DNA of 64,000 bases from the NCBI RefSeq assembly GCF_006345805.1, contig NW_021832533.1:227663-291662 (forward strand), in the 5' to 3' direction. The stretch comes from Octopus sinensis. Lineage: Eukaryota. The position numbers and the translations under genes were made by a program. Below the pieces are notes generated by a model. It worked only from the letters and a program-made list of their open reading frames with translations, made no database searches and was not told the origin of the DNA. Each line of letters begins with the position of its first letter. The first letter of the stretch is position 1. Positions 11,240 to 23,025 of this stretch are shown in pieces.

Positions 11240-14200
11240 ACGATGTCCTCGACTTACATGATGAGGTCCTTAAAACCTTCCCCCCAAAAAAATTAAAAAA
11301 AAATTTTCTGCATTTTGGTTAAAATGAACAACTACAATGTCCTCGACTTCCATGATGAAGTCCTTAAAACCTTCCCCCCAAAAAAATTAAAAAAAAATTT
11401 TCTGCATTTTGGTTAAAATGAACAACTACAATGTCCTCGACTTACATGATGAAGTCCTTAAAACCTTCCCCCCCAAAAAAATTAAAAAAAAATTTTCTGC
11501 ATTTTGGTTAAAATGAACAACTACAATGTTCTCGACTTACATGATGAAGTCCTTAAAACCTTCCCCCCAAAAAAAATTAAAAAAAAATTTTCTGCATTTT
11601 GGTTAAAATGAACAACTACAATGTCCTCAACTTACATGATGAAGTCCTAAAACCTTCCCCCCCAAAAAAAATTAAAAAAAAATTTTCTGCATTTTGGTTA
11701 AAATGAACAACTACAATGTCCTCGACTTACATGATGAAGTCCTTAAAACCTTCCCCCCAAAAAAAATTAAAAAAAAATTTTCTGCATTTTGGTTAAAATG
11801 AACAACTACAATGTCCTCGACTTACATGATGAAGTCCTTAAAACCTTCCCCCCAAAAAAATTAAAAAAAAATTTTCTGCATTTTGGTTAAAATGAACAAC
11901 TACAATGTCCTCGACTTACATGATGAAGTCCTTAAAACCTTCCCCCCAAAAAAAATTAAAAAAAAATTTTCTGCATTTTGGTTAAAATGAACAACTACAA
12001 TGTCCTCGACTTACATGATGAAGTCCTTAAAACCTTCCCCCCCAAAAAAATTAAAAAAAATTTTCTGCATTTTGGTTAAAATGAACAACTACAATGTCCT
12101 CGACTTACATGATGAAGTCCTTAAAACCTTCCCCCCAAAAAAATTAAAAAAAAATTTTCTGCATTTTGGTTAAAATGAACAACTACAATGTCCTCGACTT
12201 ACATGATGAAGTCCTTAAAACCTTCCCCCCAAAAAAAATTAAAAAAAAATTTTCTGCATTTTGGTTAAAATGAACAACTACAATGTCCTCGACTTACATG
12301 ATGAAGTCCTTAAAACCTTCCCCCAAAAAAAATTAAAAAAAAATTTTCTGCATTTTGGTTAAAATGAACAACTACAATGTCCTCGACTTACATGATGAAG
12401 TCCTTAAAACCTTCCCCCCAAAAAAAATTAAAAAAAAATTTTCTGCATTTTGGTTAAAATGAACAACTACAATGTCCTCGACTTACATGATGAAGTCCTT
12501 AAAACCTTCCCCCCCAAAAAAAATTTAAAAAAATTTTCTGCATTTTGGTTAAAATGAACAACTACAATGTCCTCGACTTACATGATGAAGTCCTTAAAAC
12601 CTTCCCCCCAAAAATAGAATAGAATAGAATAGTGTTTATTGAGCGAAAAGAAAAAGAAAAACAAGGAAGAAAAACATCGGCGGGGAGATAAAAACAAGGC
12701 ACCGAAGTGTCTCTTTCCATGCGTATCCCCAATACTAGTCATGTTTGACGACAATTCTCCAAGACCATCCGGATCGTGGGCACAGAGGATTCTTGTGAGT
12801 CTTTTAGCCTTCCGTCAAGTTGTACTCCGTAAGCCAATTTCATAGCGAAACGTCTTGTCTTTTCCAACTGTTCGATCAGGTAGTCACTCTCCTCCGTACC
12901 GTACCAGCCCTCGTAGCCATATGTGAGGACTGGCTGCACACACGTTTTGTATACGTAGATGTACGTTTCCGGATCCAGATGGAACCTGGTTAAGCTTTTG
13001 AGGATCCTCACACTCCTCTTTCTCTGATTTGCTATATGCTCTACGTACGAGCCACGACAGTTAATGGTTGCTCCCAGGTAAGAAAGATTTTTTCTTTTCG
13101 AGAGATCCATCACATAGCTACTCATCGCATATGCACAAGACTCCGCATAGCGACTCCCTCTCCGCAACCATGAAATGGTGCTCTTCTCCGGTGCTAGGGT
13201 CAAACCCTTCTCTATAGTCCACATCTTTAGCGTTGCAATGTATGATTTCAGTCGTCTCCAAGACTGCGATATCCTTTTCGAGGTATCCATGACCAGGATA
13301 TCGTCAGCATAGATAACGAGCTTGCCAGTACGTGTCGACGGCAGAGGAATGTCCGCCAAGAAGAGGTTGAACAGAAGTGGACTCAAGATAGATCCCTGCG
13401 GGACTCCCTTCTAAGTTCCACACACCCCGATAGGCGGTTTCCACAGCGGACAAATGATTGTCTTCCTGACAAGAAGCTCTCCAGCCATCGATAGGTCTTT
13501 ATCCCGGCTCCGATGTCATGGATTCTGGAGAGTAGGCCCAGGTGCCACACGCTATCGAAGGCTTTGGCCAGATCCAGACACACCACAGTTAGCCATGCTT
13601 CATTTCTGTCAGCACGGGATAATTGGTGCTCTAACTCCCTGAGGCAGTCCCCTGTGGATCTTCCTCCACGAAATCCCCATTGTTCAGGTAAAAGCAAATT
13701 TTGTGATTCTATATGACCAGAGAGTCTGTTAAAGACAATCTTTTCCATTGTCTTAGAGAAAGCACAAATGAGGCTAATTGGCCGGTAGTTCTGTGCCAGC
13801 AGTGTCGATTTACCAGATTTTGGAATCATTCGAACAATCGTATGCTTCCACGCCGATGGAAGGTGTCCGAACGTCCAGCTGGCGTGAAACAACATAGTCA
13901 ATGCTCGTATCAAGATTTCAGGGGCCTTCTTTAACAACTTCGGAGGGATGTAGTCGAAGCCAGGCGCCTTGTTCTTCAACCCAGCAATTGCCCTTTCAAC
14001 CTCTTCCTGTGTTATCGCCCCACATAATGGTCCCTCCGATAATTGCGAAGAGCCAAGCTTCTTCACAATTCGGTCATAAGTCCCTCGTGGAACGGTAGAT
14101 TCGACCTCTTGAACCTTACTCAGTTGGTTCCTGAGTACTTCCGGGATACGATCAGAGGAGATATATTTCCCGTCTGGTTCTTTTAGTGAAATTTCAAATC

Positions 14201-15545
14201 CTTTGGCATCATTTCTGGTAAGGCGTTGATATGCTTTCCAGAAATTAGGGTTTCGCTTATCCAGTTTTCTGCATTCAGACCTCCATTTACTTTCGACCTC
14301 AGTCTTGGCCATTTTTGCAATAGTAGATTTTATCTTGTCGATCTCCAATTTCAGGCGGCATTTGATTGACTCAACCCGACATCTTCTCCTGCGATTTTCC
14401 AGGGTACCTTTCGTTCTGATCAGAGTGACAAGTTTCGAATTCATCCGCTTTTGCGTTCCTTTGGGTTTCCATACATTTTTTAATGCATAAACATCCAGGA
14501 ATTTTATGATTGACGATCTAAGGTGATCATCGAGATTGTCAATATCATCTCTGCTTCTCAGAGGCTGGGACACGACATTTCGAAGAGAATCCCGCATATA
14601 TGATTCGAATAAACTCCAGTTCATGTTCACGAGGTTGTAACCAATGAACAAGTCCTCCGTAACATTCATAGTCATCTTTATCAACATCGTTTGCGGCACG
14701 TGGTCAGAGCCAATGTCCGCTTCCAACCTCGGTATGTAACATAAAGGACTAATTGATGCCGAGCATAGAAAGAGACCCAAGCGATCAGCCCTGCCTCTGT
14801 CTGCATAATGATTCAGTTCTTCCGATGTAAAGACCGAAAAACCCAAGCTACTGGCCAAGTCCTCAAGGACAGTTCCATCCATATTCGTAGTTTCACATCC
14901 ATAACTCACATTTTTGGCATTAAGATCTCCTGCTAGGATTGACAGGCAATTTTCCTCAAAGAACGTCCCAATAACGTTTGAATAGCGCCTTAGCGACTTT
15001 GAGTACATTCCCCCGACGGTTAGCCAGCCAGCAGTCGTGTGCAGCTCGAGCACAATAAGTTCACAGAGTGACTCCTCCACAATTCTGATGTTTCTTACCT
15101 TAAGGTTCGCCCTGTAGTAGACTGAGGTTCCTGTCCCCGCCACTGAGTTTATTTTCCATGGTATATTAATAGACTTATAGCCTTCGAATTCCACCCTCGT
15201 AGCTTCCTTCAGCTTAGTCTCATTGATAATCAATATGTGAGACTTCGCTGTGGCCAGCAGGAGCCTCAGCTCCGATGCCCGTCTCGCAAGCGAGCGGGCA
15301 TTTAGAATTGTCAGAGCAAGGAATCCTTCCGACATGGGTGGCTGACCTCCCGTGGGAGCGCCACCCCCCAAAAAAATTAAAAAAAAATTTTCTGCATTTT
15401 GGTTAAAATGAACAACTACAATGTCCTCGACTTACATGATGAAGTCCTTAAAACCTTCCCCCCAAAAAATCAAAAAATTTTTTTCTGCATTTTGATTAAA
15501 ATGAACAACGCGAATGTCCTCGACATCATGATGAGGTCCATTAAA
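11240..15545 (+). repeat. ~94-bp tandem array inside the nested Helitron, about 15 copies before and 2 after the LINE
   Basis: Unit AATGTCCTCGACTTACATGATGAAGTCCTTAAAACCTTCCCCCCAAAAAAATTAAAAAAAAATTTTCTGCATTTTGGTTAAAATGAACAACTAC, head-to-tail with no spacers. Confidence 0.95.
12615..15363 (-). mobile_element. APE-RT non-LTR retrotransposon (Jockey/I-group-like) inserted in the 94-bp array
   Basis: APE motifs (NARSL, INETKL, AGDLNA, GSDH) and RT motifs (YRPISL, DLAKAFDSV, GVPQGSILSP across a 1-nt frameshift near 13410, YADD). AATAAA plus (TATTC)n tail. TSD CCCCCCAAAAA. Confidence 0.92.
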
Positions 15546-15754
15546 ACCTTCAAGGCAAAAATCTCACGTATTAAGAATATCCTGATAAACGACAGCGAGA
15601 ATATTAACAATGATGAACTCCCAATTATTCGCGATAAAGAAATTCAATTCATCCTATGTTTTTCTCTTTAAAATTAATTGCATAATCATTATCGACCATA
15701 AATCAAAATTAAGCTATTATCATATTTGACTTTGACAGAATGTGCAATCCAGAT

Positions 15755-16050
15755 GAATAGAGTGTTGCAATTAACAGATTTTGAAAAACCACTTTGATAG
15801 TTGAAACCACATTAGCACATCATTAACACAATTTACCACCAATTGACGCACGACCTTGAATAGAGTGTGCAATTAACAGATTTTGAAAAACACTTTGATA
15901 GTTGAAACCACATTAGCACAATCATTAACACAATTTACCACAAATGACGCACGACCTTGAATAGAGTGTGCAATTAACAGATTTTGAAAAACACTTTGAT
16001 AGTTGAAACCACATTAGGACAATCATTAACACAATTTACCACCCATTGAC
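15755..16050 (+). repeat. ~100-bp tandem repeat x3 within the nested Helitron (x2, inverted, at ~18460-18650)
   Basis: GAATAGAGTGTGCAATTAACAGATTTTGAAAA...GACGCACGACCTT repeated. Confidence 0.85.
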
Positions 16051-16723
16051 AGCGCAATCAGAAGAATTGCGTAAAAAATTAACTATTTACTTGAGTTTTT
16101 CGTAAAGATAGAATTTATTTTCGGTATGCCTCTTTTCCTAAACTTTTTTATTATTCAAAAATAATTTTTTAAATAGATAACCGAAGGAGGAAAAACGAAG
16201 CTGAAGAAAAAACGGTCAGCTTAATAAGGTAATTAATTAAATCTTTTTTGTGTGTCGCTTTCTTGCCTGCCGCATCTCTGCCTGCCGCATTTCCGCCTGC
16301 CGCATCTCCCCCTGCCCCATTTCCGCCAGTAAAAAATAAAAAAAGAAAAAAAAGGAAATTACAAAGGAAAAATGAAAAAATTAAATATAAAAAAAAATAA
16401 ACCACAAAAAATGAAAAAAAAAGTTTGCAATGACAATAAACAAGGCCCAGGGACAGTCATTAAAGGTAGTTGGGTTATTTTTAGAGTGAGTGCTTTTCAC
16501 ATGGACAGCTGTATGTGGGATGCTCGAGGGTAGGCAGAAGAGAAAAAATTTTCATATATGCAAGGAAGGACGGACGACAAACATCGTTTATCAACAGGCG
16601 ATAGAATAGGGTTACATTAAACCAGGTAGTTTTATACATCTACATAAACTTTAGTTGTTTGATGATGAAACAGGCCCTCCGCAGGATCTAGGTCGCGGTG
16701 AGCGAAGCGAGCTGCCGAGCTAG

Positions 16724-17860
16724 TTTTTTATATTTTTTTTCTTTTTTTGTGTTTTAGTTTCTTTTTTTTATTTAAATTTTTTGTTTTATTTTTTAATTTT
16801 TTCTTTTTTGGTGTTTTAGTTTCTTTTTTTTATTTAAATTTTTGTGTTATTTTTTTAATTTTTTTCTTTTTTTGTGTTTTTATTTTCTTTTTTTTATTTT
16901 TTAACTTTTTTTGTTTTATTTTTTATTTTTTTTTTTATTTTTTTTGGTTTTTATTTTTTCTTTTTTTTTGTTTTATTTTTTTTATTTTATTTTTTTTTTA
17001 ACTTTTTTTTTATTTTTTAATTTTTTTTGTTTTATTTTTTCTTTTTTTGATTTTTTTGGGTTTATTTTCTTTTTTTATGTTTTAAATTTTTTTTATTTTA
17101 TTTTTTAACTTTTTTTTCTTTTTTTATTTTTTAACTTTTTTTGTATTTTTTGATTTTTTTTTGTTTTGATATTTTACCTTTTTTATTTTCGATTTTTTGT
17201 TTTTTATTTTCTTTTTTTGTCTTTTGCGGTGTTTTATTTTATTTTTTTTGATTTTTTTAACTTTTTTTTTGATTTTTTTTCTATTTTTTGTTTTTTTATT
17301 GTGTTTTTATTTTCTTTTTTTATTTTTTAATTTTTTTTCCTTTTTCATTTTTTTTTAAATTTTTTTTTTATTTTTGAATTTTTTTTTGTTTTATTTTTTA
17401 TTTTTTATTGGTTTTATTTTTTTTATTCTTTTTTGTTTTGTGTTTTTATTTTCTTTTTTTGATTTTTTTTTTATTTTCTTTTTTTTTTTTTTATTTTTAT
17501 TTTTATAATTTTTCGATTTTTATTGTGTTTTTTTTCGATTTTTATTGTGTTTTTATTTTATTTTTTTATTTTTTAAAAGTTTTTTTATTTTTTTATTTTT
17601 TTTATTGTTAAATTTTTTTTTATTTTTAAATTTTTTTTTATTTTTATTTCTTTTTTTGTCTTTTAGTTTCTTTTTTTTATTTATTAAGTTTTTTTTTCTT
17701 TTTTTGTTTATTTTCTTTTTAATTTTTTAAGTTTTTTTTCTTTTTTTTATTTTCTTTTATTTTCTTTTTTTTGGGCTTTATTTTCTTTTTTTTATTTGTT
17801 AACTTTTTATATTTGATTTTTTCGTGTTTCTTTGTAATTTCCTTTTTTTTCTTTTTTTAT
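16724..17860. repeat. T-rich low-complexity tract of the outer Helitron (continues at 11030-11143)
   Basis: Runs of T interrupted by single A/G/C. The nested Helitron splits the tract. Confidence 0.9.
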
Positions 17861-17880
17861 TTGGGTGAGATGGGGGGAAA

Positions 17881-18145
17881 TGCGGAAATGCGGCAGGCAG
17901 AGATGCGGCAGGCGGAAATGCGGCAGGCAGAGATGCGGCAGGCAGAGATGCGGCAGGTAGAGATGCGGCAGGCAAGAAAGCGGCAGGCAAGAAAGCGACA
18001 GGCAAGAAAGCGACAGGCAAGAAAGCGACAGGCAAGAAAGCGACAGGCAAGAAAGCGACAGGCAAGAAAGCGACACATAAAAAAGCGACAGGCAAGAAAG
18101 CGACACACAAAAAAGCGACAGGCAAGAAAGCGACACACAAAAAAG
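17881..18145. repeat. 15-bp minisatellite grading from GCGGCAGGCAGAGAT to GCGACAGGCAAGAAA
   Basis: About 17 units. A shorter inverted counterpart lies at 16245-16330. Confidence 0.9.
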
Positions 18146-18839
18146 ATTTGATTAATTACCTTATTAAGCTGACCGTTTTTTCTTCAGCTTCGTTTTTCCT
18201 CCTTCGGTTATCTATTAAAAAAATTATTTTTGAATAATAAAAAAGTTTAGGATAAGAGGCATACCGAAAATAAATTCTATCTTTACGAAAAACTTCTTTT
18301 CTTAAGGTCGTCTTCCCTCCTTCGGTTATCTATTGAAAAAATTATTTTTGAATAATAAAAAAGTTTAGGAAAAGAGGCATACCGAAAATAAATTCTATCT
18401 TTACGAAAAACTTAACTAAATAGTTAATATTTTTACGCAAATTCTTCTGATTGCGCTGTCAATGGGTGGTAAATTGTGTTAATGATTGTCCTAATGTGGT
18501 TTCAACTATCAAAGTGTTTTTCAAAATCTGTTAATTGCACACTCTATTCAAGGTCGTGCGTCAATTGTGGTAAATTGTGTTAATGATTGATGCTAATGTG
18601 GTTTCAACTATCAAAGTGGTTTTTCAAAATCTGTTAATTGCACACTCTATGATAATAGCTTTATTTTGATTCATGGGCGTTAATGATATATGCATTTAAT
18701 TTTAAAGAGAAAAACATTGGATGAATTGAATTTCTTTATCGCGAATAATTGAGAGTTCATCATTGTTATATTCTCGCTGTCGTTTTCATCAAGGAATTCT
18801 TAATACGTGAGATTTTTGCCTGAAAGTTTAATGGACCTC

Positions 18840-19430
18840 ATCATGAATGTCGAGGACACATTCGCGTTTTCATTTAATCAAAATTCAGAAAATAATTTTT
18901 TGATTTTTGGCGGGAGGTTTTAAGGGACCTATCATGTAAGTCGAGGACATCGTAGTTGTTCATTTAACCAAAATGCAGAAAAATTTTTTTTAATTTTTTT
19001 GGGGGGGAAGGTTTTAAGGACCTCATCATGTAAGTCGAGGACATCGTAGTTGTTCATTTTAACCAAAATGCAGAAAAATTTTTTTTAATTTTTTGGGGGG
19101 GAAGGTTTTAAGGACCTCATCATGTAAGTCGAGGACATCGTAGTTATTCATTTTAACCAAAATGCCAGAAAATTTTTTTTAATTTTTTGGGGGGGAAGGT
19201 TTTAAGGACCTCATCATGTAAGTCGAGGACATCGTAGTTGTTCATTTTAACCAAAATGCAGAAAAATTTTTTTTATTTTTTTTGGGGGGGAAGGTTTTAA
19301 GGACCTCATCATGTAAGTCGAGGACATCGTAGTTGTTCATTTTGACCAAAACGCAGAAAATTTTTTTTAATTTTTTTTGGGGGGGAAGGTTTTAAGGACC
19401 TCATCATGTAAGTCGAGGACATCGTATGAT
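18840..19430 (-). repeat. ~94-bp tandem array of the outer Helitron, about 6 copies
   Basis: Reverse complement of the 11240 unit, with variants (ctacGatgt, gaGgtcc). Confidence 0.9.
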
Positions 19431-19520
19431 TGCCAATTTGAAGTTGGTGTGCACCCACAGACAGACAGACAGACAACCAGACAGACAGACAGCACACACC
19501 ATACCATTTTATTATTAAGA

Positions 19521-19665
19521 TATCGAATCGAGATGGTTTTTCGAGCGGAATCCCTTGCGATAGTACGCTCTAATTCTTCTCGATCGCGTCTGGCTTCCCG
19601 CACTGAAGTTTTAATTAATTACTTGTAGTTATTGGTTGTTTTTTCAAAAAAAAAAAAAAAAAAAT

Positions 19666-19700
<35 letters not shown>
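19521..19700 (+). mobile_element. 3' remnant of an RLE-type (CRE-like) non-LTR element with poly(A)
   Basis: Reads ESRWFFER-SLAIVRSN, matching ESKWLFERISLAIVRGN at ~55390, followed by an A tract. Confidence 0.65.
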
Positions 19701-19983
19701 TATTGAGTTAGCCAATTTTTGTTCAATTTTTTTTTTTTTTTTTTTTTGTTCAATTTATAAATGATTATTACGGATTTTATGGAAGTATCCGTCATTACTC
19801 GAAATGCTTCAGAGGTAAAATATTTTTATACAATCCGAATAAAAAAAAAATTTTGTTGTCATACCGCCTCGGAAATATGTGTAAAGTAATATATATTAAC
19901 AAAAAAACAGTTTAAAAAAAAATATATCAATTAAATGTCTAACCATGAGTTATTCACAATAAATATGACCTATCTATATTAGA

Positions 19984-20788
19984 ATGGTTCCACTTGTTCT
20001 ACTTTTTGTTTCGTTCTGTGATCCAAAACGACTGTAACCTAGCAGAACGGGTTTCGGGAAATTTGAAAAGAACTGAATTACAAAACTGTACATTTAATAC
20101 AGAACACGTTTCGACACATACAGAACACCTTCTAATTCGAGATTACGTTGAATTTCGAAATGGAGAAATATTTTCGAATTTACCCAACTTGATATCATTG
20201 TAATAACATTTCATTAACACCAGTGTTTGTCGAGGAAACTCGTTAACGAGAATACTAAACAACTCATTTGATAGAGTGATTTACTTATTCTGGATGTACA
20301 TTCATATATTTTAAATCACTAGAACACTTTATTCATGCAGTAATCTTCGTTACATTGATGTAGATGCATTTGCAGGTCTACCCAGTTTAACAAAGCTGTA
20401 CAAATCCTATTTTTACATTACAGTTATATGCCATCAAATACCATTTTTCTGCCACCAAAAATCATTAGTTCGCCCAAACTTCTGTATTTTACATTACTGA
20501 CTGTGTAGTATTAATGAGAGAACGAAAATGTGCATATATACGAATGGGTCTCAACCCACTATGTATACTTTGTTATTCTCATATAAGGATTACGAAAGTG
20601 ACTAATGAAACAAGTTGGCTGTCCATTGAATTAGACACCAAAAGTGTAGAAATGACTACAAATCAAGTTAATGGAGTAATACTAATCACAGCACAAGCAT
20701 ATGGTGTGTTTGTTTACTCACAATAGATTGCAACCGCTGCCGATACCCTAATCCCAGCAATCTTCTATGCACAGAAGATTGTTCTTAA
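19984..20788 (+). CDS. Small secreted LRR protein, copy A (one apparent 1-nt frameshift in the signal peptide)
   Basis: Removing six 23-27 nt introns gives FSNLPNLISFVCRGNSLTRILNNSFDRVIYLFWITLYSCSNLRYIDVDAFAGLPSLTKL...DCNRCRYPNPSNLLCTEDCS*. Homologous to copies at 28302 and 30288. Confidence 0.75.
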
Positions 20789-21128
20789 ATTAAAAATTTC
20801 GGTGTTCTAATTTACTAACCTGATTATTTGTTCCAATTTTTCTTTGTTCAACTTATTAGCTCTATTTGTGTTAGATGAGCTAGTCACAATGATAAATACA
20901 TAATTTGAAAAAGATACATGTCGAGCACTAAGATTTGACCCTCTGTAAAAAGACGTTCCCGATTGTAATCTTTATTGGTATCTTAATCCTGAAATGGACA
21001 GCTATTCAAAATTCTCTTAATATGACTTTATTGACATTAATGTGATTGATTATTCATTCTAATATTTCTTTGCTTCTTGCTCTGTCTGACAAAAGCGTAA
21101 AAATACATGCAAATCGAGCTCGAGAGGC

Positions 21129-21450
21129 AGCACTAATCACGGAGGAAGCCTATGGTGCGTTAGTTTACTTACAATAGATTGCAACCTCTACCGATATCCC
21201 GCATTAAACAATCATCTATGCGGAAGGGATTGTGCTTAATTTAAATATTCAATGTCATTAATTAACTAACCTAATCATTCATTCTAATATTTCCTTGTTC
21301 CTCTTTTGCGACACCACTTGTCAGAAATTCTTTCTTAGATGCTAATCATAAATAAAACACAATCTTCCCCTGCTTTAATAAGTGTGGCATTTCTGTAAAA
21401 ATGTAATTTACACGACAATCATGCAAACAATTTAGTGTTCAATCTCAGAC
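21129..21450 (+). pseudogene. Orphan 3' fragment of the LRR gene family (last two exons and 3' flank)
   Basis: ALITEEAY, 23-nt intron, DCNLYRYPAL. The 3' flank resembles 29100-29330. Confidence 0.7.
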
Positions 21451-21566
21451 TTACTGGAATTAATGACCAGACTAATGTTAGATAAAATGGGAATTAGAGT
21501 AGCTAGGTCCCTCAACAAAACATCAGGAGGACCGCCCAAAGTACAATCGTCGAGATCCCTTTAGAT

Positions 21567-23025
21567 CAGGGGTGCGCAAGCTTTTTGGGTTTGCGGCCGC
21601 ATAGCATTTGTTTTCCCTTCTCTTCCACGGCCGCACATTTTCTGCATTATTTTTTCGATATTAATATAGTAATTTTTTTTAATTATTAAAAGTGACCGCA
21701 TAAGTTGCCCATTGTCATCGAGACCGAATGAGTTCTTGGACAGGAAATGCTCTCGTTCATCAGGGACATCATATTATTAAAATAAATAATTATTTCATGG
21801 ACAAAAGATAAGAAAGAAGGAAAATTAATTAAAAGAAATGTATTATACAAGTTATTCTAATGACGGTCAGGATCTTTGGTATTTTTTGCGAGCTTATTGA
21901 AATCCACTGGTAGGGTAGATATCATTATGCGCAAACATTACTCTAAGTTTGCATCCGTTATCCGAGATCTATATTGACTTTTTAAATATTTCATTTTGGA
22001 AAATGTAGACTCACATAAATATGTGCTTCCGAATAAAACGAGAATATTTCTTGCCATTTCACGTAAATTTGGATAATCTGTCGCTGATTTCCATACATTC
22101 AATAAATCTTCGCTTTCATTAAATTTATTTATCAAAATTAAATCATTTTTTAATTTCAATAATTCAATTTGAAATTCCAATGGCGCATTCTCAATCGAAA
22201 CAGTATGTGGTGCTGCAGTTAATTGAAGTTTGAGTTCAATTTTTTTAAATTTGTTAAATCGCTCTTCAAATTGTTTCAAAATATAATCGAATATAGTATG
22301 TGACCGTCCGCTGAATGGACCACGCCGTTTTATTTTGTCATCAATGAGATTTTTGACTTTTTGAAAATGAAATAATTCATTTTTTTCTATGTGAGTCTTC
22401 AGTAGGCGGCATGTATCCATAAAATCGTTAATTTTTTATACATTCGACAAATTGTTTGGTCTTTACCTTGCAAATATATATTCAAATTATTGATATATGT
22501 GAGTACATCAACCAGAAATGCTAAGTCAATTAAGATATTTTTTTATCCAAAGGACACTCTTTTTGCTTTGATGAGTAAAAGTTTACTAGGTGGTCTTGAC
22601 AACTTGGACTTGACAACTAGGTGGTCTAAATGTCTTTGAAAATGTTGTTTAGCATTGTCCCGTTTTATAGTTTTCACAATCTCATGGCACAATAAGCATT
22701 GCATGCTATTGTTGTCTCTTTCGACTACGAAGTATTCACTTTCCCAGTTGATATTAAATTTTCTTTTTTCTTCATTCAAAGAACGTCGTCTTTTAACAGG
22801 TAATAACATAAATAAATTAAGCCGTTTATGATAATTACTTTTAATAGAGGTTAACCATTATATAAAAATAGAATTTTATTTAATATGAATATTTTTAATT
22901 ATTATTTAGGGTTTTTCTTGATTAATTAACACTATGAGCATTATATTTAAGATTAATTGCTCGATGACCTAATTGTGCCCACGGCCGCACATTTATTGAC
23001 TCACGGCCGCACTTGCGCACCCCTG
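21567..23025 (-). mobile_element. hAT transposon (Buster/SPIN-like), internally deleted
   Basis: TIR CAGGGGTGCGCAAG / CTTGCGCACCCCTG with perfect 8-bp TSD CTTTAGAT. ORFs carry a BED-like zinc finger (WESEYF..CLLC..HFQRH) and the dimerisation motif FGSTYLCESTFSKMKYLKSQYRSRITD. Confidence 0.92.

Larger units (their letters stand above)
11144..16723 (+). mobile_element. Non-autonomous Helitron (internal deletion derivative) nested in opposite orientation
   Basis: A|TCTAATAATAAAATGG at 11144. Hairpin GCGGTGAGCGAAGCGAGCTGC then CTAG|T at 16723. 16421-16610 retains the degenerate helicase C-terminus. The 5' part mirrors 17860-19520. Confidence 0.9.
4790..19520 (-). mobile_element. Autonomous-type Helitron, about 9.2 kb excluding the nested insert
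   Basis: Minus-strand 5' end A|TCTTAATAATAAAATGG...(CTGT)n at 19520. 3' hairpin GCAGTGAGCGAAGCGAACTGC then CTAG|T at 4790. Rep/helicase coding region inside. Confidence 0.92.

Noticed and set aside
11240-12614. CRISPR-like array
   Set aside because: Units are head-to-tail with no unique spacers and no cas genes; they lie within a eukaryotic Helitron.
16747-18151. Phe-rich and (RQARK/AEMRQ)n ORFs
   Set aside because: Translation artefacts of the T-rich tract and the 15-bp minisatellite.
19640-19750. Poly(A)/poly(T) inverted structure as a functional hairpin
   Set aside because: Explained by a retroelement poly(A) tail next to an oppositely oriented A-tail or low-complexity tract.
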